Source of the DNA: Ruminococcus sp.
GTDB lineage: Bacteria > Bacillota > Clostridia > Oscillospirales > Ruminococcaceae
Assembly (NCBI GenBank): GCA_029055625.1
Contig: JAIDCY010000027.1
Coordinates: forward strand, 226 to 64,225
DNA length: 64,000 nucleotides
Direction: 5' to 3'
The notes under the pieces are model-generated. The model worked only from the letters and a program-made list of their open reading frames with translations, was not told the DNA's origin and ran no database searches. Both the position numbers and the translations under genes were made by a program. How positions within the stretch are numbered: the first letter of the stretch is position 1; the number at the start of each line of letters is the position of its first letter. Shown here piece by piece: positions 38,399 to 47,770 of the stretch.

Positions 38399-40000
38399 TC
38401 ACCTTATCCTGTTTTTTATTGTTAAAGCCTTTGTTTTAAAAGTGTTAAGCTGACGGCATAAATCAAGCAGTAAATCCATTTCCTGCTGATTTCTGTTAGC
38501 AGAAGCAAGAATACACGCTTCCGCTTTTTCAAATACGGCGGAAAGCTGAGAGGTCATAAGGGTTCGCATATCAACACGGATTTTATGACTTTGTGTTTCA
38601 ACGGAAATTCTTATATCCTGCCTCCGCCTTGCTTCATTGAAGGCATTTTCTTCAGCTATCCGGTTTCTTTCCCTTGCTTCCTCCTGAAGACGCTTGAATT
38701 CTTTAAGTTCCTTCTCTTTTCTTGAACCGAAAATTTTTGAAAAAATATTCACAATGAGAAGAGGATTCGGAGCAGGTGTGGGGGAAATTATATTACTTGC
38801 CACTCCGGTTAAACTGCCGAGTATATCTGTTCCGGAAATATCGTCATCATCTTCCGGCAGGCTGAAATCATTGTCTGTATGTTTTTCAGGACTTCCTTCA
38901 AAGTCCACCATATCGTAACCGGAAATATCACCGGAAATATTATTTGTCGTGATTCCCGAAAAATCAACCTGTGTATACTTTGCGGAAAAATATGACATAA
39001 GATTTCTGACGTTCTCACTGTACATATTTTCAAATTCCCTGTACATTGACTGTATGTTTTCTTCCCAGCTGTTATTGTTTCTGCTGTAAGCGGATTCAAT
39101 CAGTGTTCTTTCATATCTGCTTACCATCATATCAACATTATACGGTATCTCTTCCATGAATGAGTTGCGTTTTGCCCTTATGTCGGAAAGATAGGAACTG
39201 AAAACATCATTAATATCAGGATTTGTTTTTTCTTCCGCATCGGCAAGCATTTCATCAAGTAAAGCGATAAGATTATTTACAGGAGCAGTATATATATGCA
39301 TAGCAGACCTTGAATGAAGAAAATGAAGTATTCTGTCTTTAATCATAGGGAGATTACTTAATTCAACAAGTTTTTCTTTCTGTTTCAGCTGACCCATAAG
39401 GGCACGCTTACCGTTTACTGCTATAGTATCGAATAAGTTTTCTATATGATGATTACCGCTTACTTTCTGAAGATTTTCAATAATCTTACACTTTATGCTG
39501 TTGATGTTTTCACTGTTCCTGATGTCGTTTTCACTGTTTTTGTCATTGATAACAATAATAAAAGGTTTTCCGGTTTTAATAAGCCTGTACATATTTTCAT
39601 AGTTCCGGATGCTTTCAAATCCGCCTTTTGTACTTATAACATAGAGAATAACATGACAGTCTGCAATATTATCTTCCGTAATCTTCTGATGTTCAACAGG
39701 TGCGTCAACCCCCGGACTGTCTATCAATGTATAGTCGCCGTTGTCGTATTCATCTATTCTGTATGTTGTGGGACAGTCTCTCATTTCAGCGACTTCTTTT
39801 CCGATAATAGCGTTAATGAGCGTACTTTTTCCCGCATTGTAGATACCATAAACCATAACTTTAGGTTTTTCGGCAAGAATAAGCGAAAGAACTTCTTTAT
39901 TTATTCTGTTCAGATAATCCTGTTCATTATTACCATTTAATTTAAACCATTCAACAACTTCTGATGTCAGTTGTTCAATATCATATTTAATATCTGACAT
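38399..40000 (-). CDS. Bacterial dynamin-like GTPase (LeoA-like)
   Basis: G1 YGIYNAGKST, G2 region DCPTT, G3 DSPG, G4 region VINDK, helical stalk; ATG at 40000 after GAAAGGA. Confidence 0.8.
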   Translation of the reverse strand: MSDIKYDIEQLTSEVVEWFKLNGNNEQDYLNRINKEVLSLILAEKPKVMVYGIYNAGKSTLINAIIGKEVAEMRDCPTTYRIDEYDNGDYTLIDSPGVDAPVEHQKITEDNIADCHVILYVISTKGGFESIRNYENMYRLIKTGKPFIIVINDKNSENDIRNSENINSIKCKIIENLQKVSGNHHIENLFDTIAVNGKRALMGQLKQKEKLVELSNLPMIKDRILHFLHSRSAMHIYTAPVNNLIALLDEMLADAEEKTNPDINDVFSSYLSDIRAKRNSFMEEIPYNVDMMVSRYERTLIESAYSRNNNSWEENIQSMYREFENMYSENVRNLMSYFSAKYTQVDFSGITTNNISGDISGYDMVDFEGSPEKHTDNDFSLPEDDDDISGTDILGSLTGVASNIISPTPAPNPLLIVNIFSKIFGSRKEKELKEFKRLQEEARERNRIAEENAFNEARRRQDIRISVETQSHKIRVDMRTLMTSQLSAVFEKAEACILASANRNQQEMDLLLDLCRQLNTFKTKALTIKNRIR

Positions 40001-40049
40001 ATTAACTATCCTTTCATAAATTTGTAACAATTAAAATTGTCCATATGTC

Positions 40050-40079
40050 ATTATAACACTGAAAGTTATATTTTGTCAA
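40050..40079 (-). promoter_or_regulatory. sigma-A-type promoter of the dynamin/radical SAM operon
   Basis: Minus strand TTGACA (40079-74), 18-nt spacer, TG-t-TATAAT (40055-50). Confidence 0.65.
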
Positions 40080-40159
40080 CCCTTAAAGTATATTTATTTT
40101 CCGGAAAATTTTTATATAATAAAATTAGTATTATGTAAAAAAACGGAGGATTTCAGAGA

Positions 40160-40495
40160 ATGAAAAAAATAAATTATCATGAAATGGGCAACAGAATACG
40201 AAAACAAAGAGAATTTTTAGGGTATACAAGAGAACAACTGGCGGAAAAACTGGAAGTTTCCACAAAATTCTGTTCTGATATTGAACTGGGTGTGAAAGGG
40301 GTATCAATTCAGACACTTTCCCGACTTTCTGAAATTCTCTGTCTTCATACAGATTATATACTTTTCGGAAGTGAAACCGATAATTCTTCAGAACTGGAAA
40401 TGCTGTCTGTTCTTGTCAGAAGATGTCCTGAAAAATCAAGGAAAGAACTGATTACTATTATAAATGCATATATCAGAGCGGTTTCTGATGATTGA
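40160..40495 (+). CDS. XRE-family HTH transcriptional regulator
   Basis: MG.RIRKQRE.LGYTREQLAEKLEVS..F.SDIELG.KG.S; divergent from the dynamin operon. Confidence 0.9.
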   Translation: MKKINYHEMGNRIRKQREFLGYTREQLAEKLEVSTKFCSDIELGVKGVSIQTLSRLSEILCLHTDYILFGSETDNSSELEMLSVLVRRCPEKSRKELITIINAYIRAVSDD

Positions 40496-40745
40496 CTGAT
40501 TCTCTTATTTCCTCTTCCGAAAAGTGAGGGTTCAGCCCTAAAATCCTGTAAATTTCAATCAGAATAAAAGCGTCTGTTTTCTGAATATGACGTATCTGTT
40601 CTGCTTTCTGAGTTTCACCGATTTTTCTGAGCCATATTTCAAGCCCTCCGCTTTCATAACAATAAAGCAGTTCTTCAATGCTGAAACATCTTTTTAAATC
40701 TTCTATACTGCATAGTTCCTCACCGTTCATAAACATATCCTTCAC
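40473..40745 (-). CDS. Hypothetical 90-aa protein
   Basis: RBS AGGAGGTG; NG....SIEDLK..F..EELL..Y..G.L..WL pattern; 3' end overlaps the XRE gene 3' end. Confidence 0.6.
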   Translation of the reverse strand: MKDMFMNGEELCSIEDLKRCFSIEELLYCYESGGLEIWLRKIGETQKAEQIRHIQKTDAFILIEIYRILGLNPHFSEEEIRESVNHQKPL

Positions 40746-40883
40746 CTCCTGCGATTACATAATATCATAATTATATACATCTTACAATATAAAACAATTC
40801 AGGAAAAAATTTTTATTTTTCTGTACTGTTTTATATTGACAAACAAAAAAGCGTGTACTGTCTATACAATACACGCTGTAATT

Positions 40884-41942
40884 TTATATGATATATTCTG
40901 CAATATCAAGCATTTTTTCCCTCAGTTCATATTCCGCATCACAATATATCTGATATTCCGTTTCTTCAAGTGTTTCATAGTCTTTATAACTCATAATCAC
41001 AGGAAATGATTTCGACATTAACGTTTCAATTTTACTTCTTGTACTCATCGGAATCGGTTCATTTGGTTCACAGTTCTGATAATACCATTCACTGAGCGGA
41101 CTGAGATTTGCGAAACAATAATCTGAAAATGAGATGTCAACTTCCGGAGAATCCTCATAATATCTCCGGAGATGTTCATATAGTTCAAGTGCAGACTGAT
41201 AAGCATTGAAATTTCTTCCGTTATCCTTATAGATATTATATTCCTGATATTTCAGCACGCTTTTAATATTCGGGATATAATGTTTACGTTCTGTCATAAG
41301 AGTAGTACGCCGACTTAAAACCGCAGAAATAATATATGGTTTCAATGAACATAATTCATTATGACTGTTTACCTGATACATAAGCCCGTTTATATTTTCA
41401 TAATAAATCCTGCTGTTTTTTCCTTTATTAAGAAAATTATGCTGTAAAGTCATATGCAGAATATCGTCCAGTTCTTCTTCATACCCGGAAACAGTATTAT
41501 ATGGGTGTTTCAGTATCTTAAAAACTTCATGTAAACGTTTTTTCATAACGCACTGTTCATAAAGAAAATCCGTTAAATTATCTGAAAATTTTTTCTGTTC
41601 CGTCCAGTTGCGGATATCCTGTTCTGCCGTACGTTCGCCACGGTGCATATCCATTAAAACCCCACGGTCTGTGATAACCACAGAGTATATATAATGCAAA
41701 TCCTTATTTTCCGGATTTTTTTCTATCAGATTAATCAGGTCAATACAAACGGAAACAATATTATCCGGACATATCTTATACTTTTCCAGTAAATCAAAGA
41801 AGTTCTTTCTGTATTCATTTACTTTATTTAAAGCTTCATTAAAAGTCATATCATTATTTTTAAGAAAATCTTTGAAATTAACATATTTTTCCGCCTCTTC
41901 ACATAAATATTTAAAAATTTCATACTCTAAATCATAATTCAT
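40884..41942 (-). CDS. Hypothetical protein, paralog of 31179..32369
   Basis: See the shared motifs listed for 31179..32369; start overlaps the upstream gene. Confidence 0.75.
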   Translation of the reverse strand: MNYDLEYEIFKYLCEEAEKYVNFKDFLKNNDMTFNEALNKVNEYRKNFFDLLEKYKICPDNIVSVCIDLINLIEKNPENKDLHYIYSVVITDRGVLMDMHRGERTAEQDIRNWTEQKKFSDNLTDFLYEQCVMKKRLHEVFKILKHPYNTVSGYEEELDDILHMTLQHNFLNKGKNSRIYYENINGLMYQVNSHNELCSLKPYIISAVLSRRTTLMTERKHYIPNIKSVLKYQEYNIYKDNGRNFNAYQSALELYEHLRRYYEDSPEVDISFSDYCFANLSPLSEWYYQNCEPNEPIPMSTRSKIETLMSKSFPVIMSYKDYETLEETEYQIYCDAEYELREKMLDIAEYII

Positions 41943-42174
41943 TATTCAGTCTCCGTATTATATTATTCTTTCTGTACTGATACGTTTCAGACTGCAGAAG
42001 TTCCATATCTTCAAGTATCATCAGTATAAGTTCTTTCCATAAGTCGTCACCGGCTTCTCTGGCGAGTTCAAGACTGACAATCAACTGTTCTGTTTCAGAC
42101 AATTCATAGCTGATTTCAGGCTTTATTCTCTTAAACGTTTTCTTCTGAATATATTCTTTATTATTCAAAATCAA
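41932..42174 (-). CDS. Hypothetical 80-aa protein
   Basis: RBS AAGGAG; its stop overlaps the start of the next gene. Confidence 0.55.
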   Translation of the reverse strand: MILNNKEYIQKKTFKRIKPEISYELSETEQLIVSLELAREAGDDLWKELILMILEDMELLQSETYQYRKNNIIRRLNNEL

Positions 42175-42339
42175 TACTCCTTTACTTTACCCCGTCCTGT
42201 TCCGGACAAATTTTTCAACTGTCTTATTGTATCATTAATTTTCTGAAAATGCAATAGTATAAAACATAAAAATTTCATTCAGATAAAAAAGAACGCCGTT
42301 TGTATAAATGCAAACGACGTTTAATTTTATAATAGATTT

Positions 42340-42615
42340 TTATATATCCTGCAAATCTGCCACAGGAATATCGTTCTCCAGATTATCACGTGCAAGGTCG
42401 TTGTCGATAACCGGATATGCAGAAGATATCGGAATTTCTTGTGAGTATGATTTATTATGCCATACCTTTTGTGAAACACCTGATGTTCCTGCAATTACAG
42501 GATTCGTATGAATCTTTCCCGACTTAGCTTTTCCCTGAATCTCAGGTACAGGAGACACGTCGTTTTTTGGATGCGTATGAGTGTATTCGGGACGCTTCAT
42601 TCCTTTTTTCGCCAT
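42340..42615 (-). CDS. Hypothetical 91-aa protein
   Basis: RBS GAGGTG, MAKKGMKRP start, followed by a hairpin at ~42286-42322. Confidence 0.6.
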   Translation of the reverse strand: MAKKGMKRPEYTHTHPKNDVSPVPEIQGKAKSGKIHTNPVIAGTSGVSQKVWHNKSYSQEIPISSAYPVIDNDLARDNLENDIPVADLQDI

Positions 42616-42682
42616 TTTACATCACCTCAAAGTCAGTATGTGCAGAATGACTTAAGTTATTCCTTAATTCAGACTGATTAAA

Positions 42683-42713
42683 AAAGATGACAGCTTTTCG
42701 GGCTGTCATCTTT
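42683..42713 (-). terminator. Terminator of the lysozyme/GLUG operon
   Basis: AAAGATGACAGCT/GGCTGTCATCTTT stem; the minus strand reads into a T-run. Confidence 0.7.
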
Positions 42714-42783
42714 GATTTATCCCCTTTATGTAAGTATTTTATCGTCGTGTGCAGTACAACGACAAAATTCTGACATCTATATA

Positions 42784-44919
42784 TTAACCGATAAGCTGTT
42801 TCTTCATTAAGACAAGGTCGAAAACGTCAAGTGTATTGTCTTCGTGGAGGTCAGCGTTTTTCCAGTTCTTTAAAATGACATTGCCGTCCGAAATAAGCCA
42901 CCTCTGAAGCAGTACCACATCCGCAACACTGAACTTTCCGTCATCATTTACATCACCGTTTGTTTTTATCTGCCACATAAAAACAGGATAGCCATTATTA
43001 AAATCAATATCCGGATTCTTTACAAATGCGTCCCCTAAATTATCATAGGCATTTCTCATCATGTTTTCGCTTAATTCGGTCACGTCGTAATTGTCAGTAT
43101 AATTTCCGCTTATATTCCCCGAAACGTCCCCTTTTATAGCGTAGCAGTTATCTACATATATTTCTCCATCAACTCTTTTATAGTGTGACATATCACCCAC
43201 AATACTACCTATGCCATTTGAAGTACCTATAATTTCCCCGATATTATAGCAGTTTCTTACAACAACTTTATGTATATTTACATTATTAATTTCGCCTTCT
43301 CCTACTATTAACTGACCTACTATACCGCCAAAATTCTTACTTTCCGTTGTTAATGATGATACATTGCCGATATGGTAACAGTTATCAATTGTGCCATTTT
43401 GATATAGTACACCTGCAATACCACCGACATTATTATTATTTCCTGCTATATCACCTATAAATTCACAATTTCTTATAATGCCACCACCGTTTACTACTTC
43501 TCCGGCTATACCACCAACACATCTGCTATTACTCTTTACTTCACCATAAACAATAAGATTTTCTATTATTCCGTCACCTCTGTGTGAACCGAAAAGCCCT
43601 GTATAGCCGTTACCACCTGTTTCATTTAAGTATAGATTTTTTATGACATACCCATTTCCGTTATAACTACCCCAGAATAACGGTGCAGACTGGTCAATAT
43701 TATTAATCATTCTTGTACCTATCGGTGTCCACGGTTCGTTTTCCAAGTCAATATCGGCGGTCTGTATGTAGCATTTATCGGAATACTGTTCGGTAAAAAA
43801 TTTACTATTAACCAAATCCCGCATTTTTTCGAGTTCTTCCTTGCTTGAAATCTGATATGGGTCATCAGATGTACCGCTTCCCCTGAACTGATACGGTACT
43901 GACTGCCATTCAAAGACTGGGTAACCGTTGTTAATAGCGTCAGAATCATTGTACACAAACGGACTGCCGAGAAGTTCATTGACGTTCTTCATAAATTTAG
44001 CATCAAGCTTACTGCAACCGGAAGTATTATTTCCGTTTACTCCGCCGGAGCAGGTAGAGGACAGATAATAATTATTTTCTAATATGATTTTACAATCTTT
44101 ATTTTTTTCTCCGTATTCGAGATAACCACAAATACCACCAACTGCACCGTTAGTTGCTTCAACTGTTCCTCCGGTATGATATGAGTTATATACTTCTGCA
44201 TTAACGGAAAAATCATAATTTCCAACACGTAAACCACCTATTATACCACCGACATTTTTATTTGTGGCTGTTACTGTACCATTATGATAACAGTTACGAA
44301 CATACCCACCGTTATATGTCATACCTGCTATACCGCCTACACTTTCATTACCTGAAACATCTCCATTAAAACTACAATTTTCAATGGTACTTCCTGTACA
44401 GGCTTCACCTGCTATACCTCCGACAATATTTCCAGTACTTGTAATGTTACCATACACTGAAAGGTTAGAAATTACGCATTTATCCGTGTAATCTGTTCCG
44501 TTTTCACCTAATCTTCCGAACAAACCAATATAATTACTATCAGAATTACAGTTAAGATTTTCAATATAATGATAATTACCGTCATAATGTCCAGAAAAAT
44601 AAAAACGTTTAGAATTTGTATCAGTTGGTGTGAATGTTCCTATAGGTGTCCAGTTTACACCGTCAGGGATTGTAATATCTTCCGTCTGAATGAAATATGC
44701 ATCTTTATATTTTGCATTTGTACCGTCCATTGTAGTCTCATTAATTCTTTCTGAAAGTAAAGCAAGTTTAAAATATGAATTAATCTGATACGGGTTATTT
44801 TTAGTTCCACTTCCTGCAAACTCTTTGTCTGTATCTTCCGCAAAGCTAATTATATTAAACGGAACTGTCATAAAGCACATCAGCAGACTTAACAGAACGC
44901 TTACAACTCTTTTTGTCAT
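42784..44919 (-). CDS. Secreted GLUG-repeat protein with type I dockerin
   Basis: Signal peptide; two F.GSGT..DPYQI.S units, many VGGI.G (GLUG) motifs; GDVNDDGKFSVADVVLLQRWL...ADLHEDNTLDVFDL; TAATG-coupled to the upstream gene. Confidence 0.8.
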   Translation of the reverse strand: MTKRVVSVLLSLLMCFMTVPFNIISFAEDTDKEFAGSGTKNNPYQINSYFKLALLSERINETTMDGTNAKYKDAYFIQTEDITIPDGVNWTPIGTFTPTDTNSKRFYFSGHYDGNYHYIENLNCNSDSNYIGLFGRLGENGTDYTDKCVISNLSVYGNITSTGNIVGGIAGEACTGSTIENCSFNGDVSGNESVGGIAGMTYNGGYVRNCYHNGTVTATNKNVGGIIGGLRVGNYDFSVNAEVYNSYHTGGTVEATNGAVGGICGYLEYGEKNKDCKIILENNYYLSSTCSGGVNGNNTSGCSKLDAKFMKNVNELLGSPFVYNDSDAINNGYPVFEWQSVPYQFRGSGTSDDPYQISSKEELEKMRDLVNSKFFTEQYSDKCYIQTADIDLENEPWTPIGTRMINNIDQSAPLFWGSYNGNGYVIKNLYLNETGGNGYTGLFGSHRGDGIIENLIVYGEVKSNSRCVGGIAGEVVNGGGIIRNCEFIGDIAGNNNNVGGIAGVLYQNGTIDNCYHIGNVSSLTTESKNFGGIVGQLIVGEGEINNVNIHKVVVRNCYNIGEIIGTSNGIGSIVGDMSHYKRVDGEIYVDNCYAIKGDVSGNISGNYTDNYDVTELSENMMRNAYDNLGDAFVKNPDIDFNNGYPVFMWQIKTNGDVNDDGKFSVADVVLLQRWLISDGNVILKNWKNADLHEDNTLDVFDLVLMKKQLIG

Positions 44920-47462
44920 TATTTAACCATCCTTTCCACAACTGCACGCCTTACAATGACAAGATCGAATACGTCAACTACATTATCATCAGTAACATCG
45001 GCTTTTTCTGCCTGCTCCTTGTTTAAGCTTTTACGTCCTAAAAGATAATCATGAAGAAGTACAGCGTCATCGTCATCAACAACACCATCAAGGGTTATGT
45101 CGCCGACTGTTTCTGATGCCCATTTTGCGTATAAAGTGATGTTATTTTCCAGTTTTACAATGTCATTTGATGTTATTTCCGTGCCGTCTGCCGTGAACCA
45201 GCCTACAAACTTATCATTTTTCATAGTTGCCTCAGGAAGTACACCATAAGCCCTACCGTATACAACAAGCTTTGTCTTGACTTCAGGAATACCGCCGTTT
45301 CCGTCAAAAGTAACGGTATACTGCTTTAAATTCCACTTTGCATAGACTGACTGGTTACTTGTTATCTTTACCGTATCACTTTCTGAAATCTTATTCTTGT
45401 ATTCCCTGTCAAGATACCAGCCGTCGAATGTATAACCGCTTCTTTCAGCCGTCGGAAGAACACCGTACTTGCTGTCATAGGTTAAAAGTTTTGTTATACC
45501 CTCAGAAGTACCACCGACTGCATCAAAAGTAATCATAATCCTATCTTTTGACCAGTGGGCGTAAAGTGTCTGGTCTGCTGTAATTGATACTTTAGTATTA
45601 TTTGAAATCTGTGTGCCACCGTCGGCAGAAGTGAACCAGCCATTAAAGTTATAGCCGGTTTTCGTCGGTGTTGGCAGGTCATTGTAATTCTGGTCATATG
45701 TAACTGTCTTTGAAGCCGTTGAAACATTACCACCGTTTGCATTAAAGGTGACTGTATAATTACGTGCTTTCCAGATTGCATACAGATTTATTGAAGGAGA
45801 CTTTGAGTTAATCCAATCATTTGATACATTGGAATATGTGGAATATTCAGCAGATTTTGCATTTCTATCACTGCTCCAGCCTAACAGTTCATAACCTGTC
45901 TTTGTCCAGCTACCAAAACCAACGCTTGCGGAGTTCATCGGAGAATATCTTCCTGTTCCATCTGTTTTATATCCGAACTTCTGATTCGCTGTACCATAAG
46001 TAAATGTTTCTGTAACACTGTCCGTATCACTTGTATTATGATTTCTGAATAATTTGACAGAAACGTTTTTTGCTGACCAGTGGGCATAAAGTGTCTGATT
46101 AGAGGTGAGATTTACTTTTGTATCAGATTTAATCTGTGTACCACCGTTTGCCTCAGTAAACCAACCTGCAAATATATAATCTGTTCTTGTTGGTTGTAGC
46201 AAGTCTCCGTAATTTTGATTATAAGTGACTGTTTTTGAAGTAGGTGAAACACTTCCGCCGTTAGCGTTGAATGTTACAGTAAAATCTTTTTCACGAACCG
46301 TAAATTTCACATTGTCAGTACCTGCATTGCCGAAAGAATTATTTGCACTGACATAAGCTATATACTCACCAACTGGCAATTTCAAAGTTATTACAGTATC
46401 AACACCCTCATTCTTATATAATTCTCCGTCCTTGTATAAAGACATATAATACCACTCCGCATTTTCTGTAGGACTAAATGTTATTTTAACTTCCTCATCT
46501 TTTAAGAACGAAGTTTTGTTAATACTTAATTTCGGAATACCTGGATATACAGGAGTAGGTGCTGGATTGCCGACTGTAAAATCATTATGAATAAGTTCTT
46601 TTTGCTTGCCGTCGCTGTCCTCGGCAGAAAGAGAAAAATAGTAATTGCCTACCGGAATATCATCAAATATAATGGAATTATTAAACTTTCCCCTTAAACT
46701 ATATGATGTTGAATTCGGATAGTCGTCACAGGTTGTACTGCTTCCTGAAGCTTTAGTGCCGTCCATATTATAGACACCACCCCACACGTGTTTCAAAGTG
46801 TGGTTTGATGTAATTGTGCCATATAATCCGCAGTTTGCACCGGGAGTATGTACATAGCCTTTCTGAGGATTCTGAAAGCCGGAGAGTTCTATATTACAAG
46901 CAGAAGTATTTACCTGCGAAAAAAATAAATTTGCCTCATCATTTCGTCTGTTAACAAGTCCCTGTAATTTCTTGTTACCTGAATATACATAATACTCGGA
47001 ATATTGTGTTCTTGCTCCAGATTCAGATAATTCCCCACGTAAATATTTCACTAATGGTGACGATGAAATAATAGTAGTTCCTCCACCTGTATTATAACAT
47101 AAACTAACCAAGGCATTAAATTGTGATTGTGTCATTGACAATCCGCTTGTTTGTCTCTTAACATTATTTTCTTTTGCAACCAAATCCTGTCTTAAAAATC
47201 TTTCTGCTTCTGTAATCTTCATTCCTGCATATACATCAGATCCATAATGTCCATAGCCTATAGTATAGTATTGTTCGGAAGAAACTGCTTTATATGCGGT
47301 TAATCTTAAACCTTCATGTTTTTTTATAAAGTTTACTCCTGCATCATCTATAATAAAGTCAGAAGATGTTAACGCAAATGTTTCATTAAATTCTGCCTGA
47401 CCAAATAAATGAAAAATAACAAGCAGAAAAATTATTGGTATAAAAACCTTTTTGTAGTATTT
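44919..47462 (-). CDS. GH24 (phage-type) lysozyme + Ig module + InlB B-repeats + dockerin; start codon apparently damaged
   Basis: The frame stays open upstream of the ORF-track ATG (47222) to a stop at 47481-83 and reads [17 protein letters not shown]...[14 protein letters not shown]...YTIGYGH, continuing into [13 protein letters not shown]...GLVNRR..EA.LF. No in-frame ATG/GTG/TTG lies in the extension. Confidence 0.75.
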   Translation of the reverse strand, partial: KYYKKVFIPIIFLLVIFHLFGQAEFNETFALTSSDFIIDDAGVNFIKKHEGLRLTAYKAVSSEQYYTIGYGHYGSDVYAGMKITEAERFLRQDLVAKENNVKRQTSGLSMTQSQFNALVSLCYNTGGGTTIISSSPLVKYLRGELSESGARTQYSEYYVYSGNKKLQGLVNRRNDEANLFFSQVNTSACNIELSGFQNPQKGYVHTPGANCGLYGTITSNHTLKHVWGGVYNMDGTKASGSSTTCDDYPNSTSYSLRGKFNNSIIFDDIPVGNYYFSLSAEDSDGKQKELIHNDFTVGNPAPTPVYPGIPKLSINKTSFLKDEEVKITFSPTENAEWYYMSLYKDGELYKNEGVDTVITLKLPVGEYIAYVSANNSFGNAGTDNVKFTVREKDFTVTFNANGGSVSPTSKTVTYNQNYGDLLQPTRTDYIFAGWFTEANGGTQIKSDTKVNLTSNQTLYAHWSAKNVSVKLFRNHNTSDTDSVTETFTYGTANQKFGYKTDGTGRYSPMNSASVGFGSWTKTGYELLGWSSDRNAKSAEYSTYSNVSNDWINSKSPSINLYAIWKARNYTVTFNANGGNVSTASKTVTYDQNYNDLPTPTKTGYNFNGWFTSADGGTQISNNTKVSITADQTLYAHWSKDRIMITFDAVGGTSEGITKLLTYDSKYGVLPTAERSGYTFDGWYLDREYKNKISESDTVKITSNQSVYAKWNLKQYTVTFDGNGGIPEVKTKLVVYGRAYGVLPEATMKNDKFVGWFTADGTEITSNDIVKLENNITLYAKWASETVGDITLDGVVDDDDAVLLHDYLLGRKSLNKEQAEKADVTDDNVVDVFDLVIVRRAVVERMVK

Positions 47463-47770
47463 ATTTTCTTTCCTTTCTGATTATTTTAGAAAACTTTTAA
47501 CTTCCTAACAAATTTTCCCATATATCGTGACTACTGACTATAATTTTTCTTTGATGTATCAGCCCTCCCTGTTATGATATAATAATAGTGTGCGATAAAA
47601 AGTTTTCGTAAAAACCGCACCTATGCGACTTTTTCTGAACACCGCAAAACTTCCTGCCCATTCAATATCGTTCTTTCTGACACCCTCTCCGCATAGTATC
47701 TGTGTAGCTGTTATAACATTTAAATTTATCTTTTTTCCCTGTAATATTGCTTTACCAAGTACGGTATACT

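Noticed and set aside
31179-41942. Composite transposon formed by the two flanking paralogues
   Set aside because: No DDE, HUH or recombinase motifs, no terminal inverted repeats or target duplication seen, and the copies are too diverged.
31013-42713. Similar ATGAC(A/G)GCT...(A/G)GCTGTCAT stems after two dockerin genes (31013-52 and 42683-713)
   Set aside because: Both are adequately explained as intrinsic terminators; two short copies are not enough to call a repeat element.
47481-47770. Possible riboswitch upstream of the lysozyme operon
   Set aside because: I could not match conserved c-di-GMP, c-di-AMP or other aptamer motifs by eye; needs an Infernal/Rfam scan.
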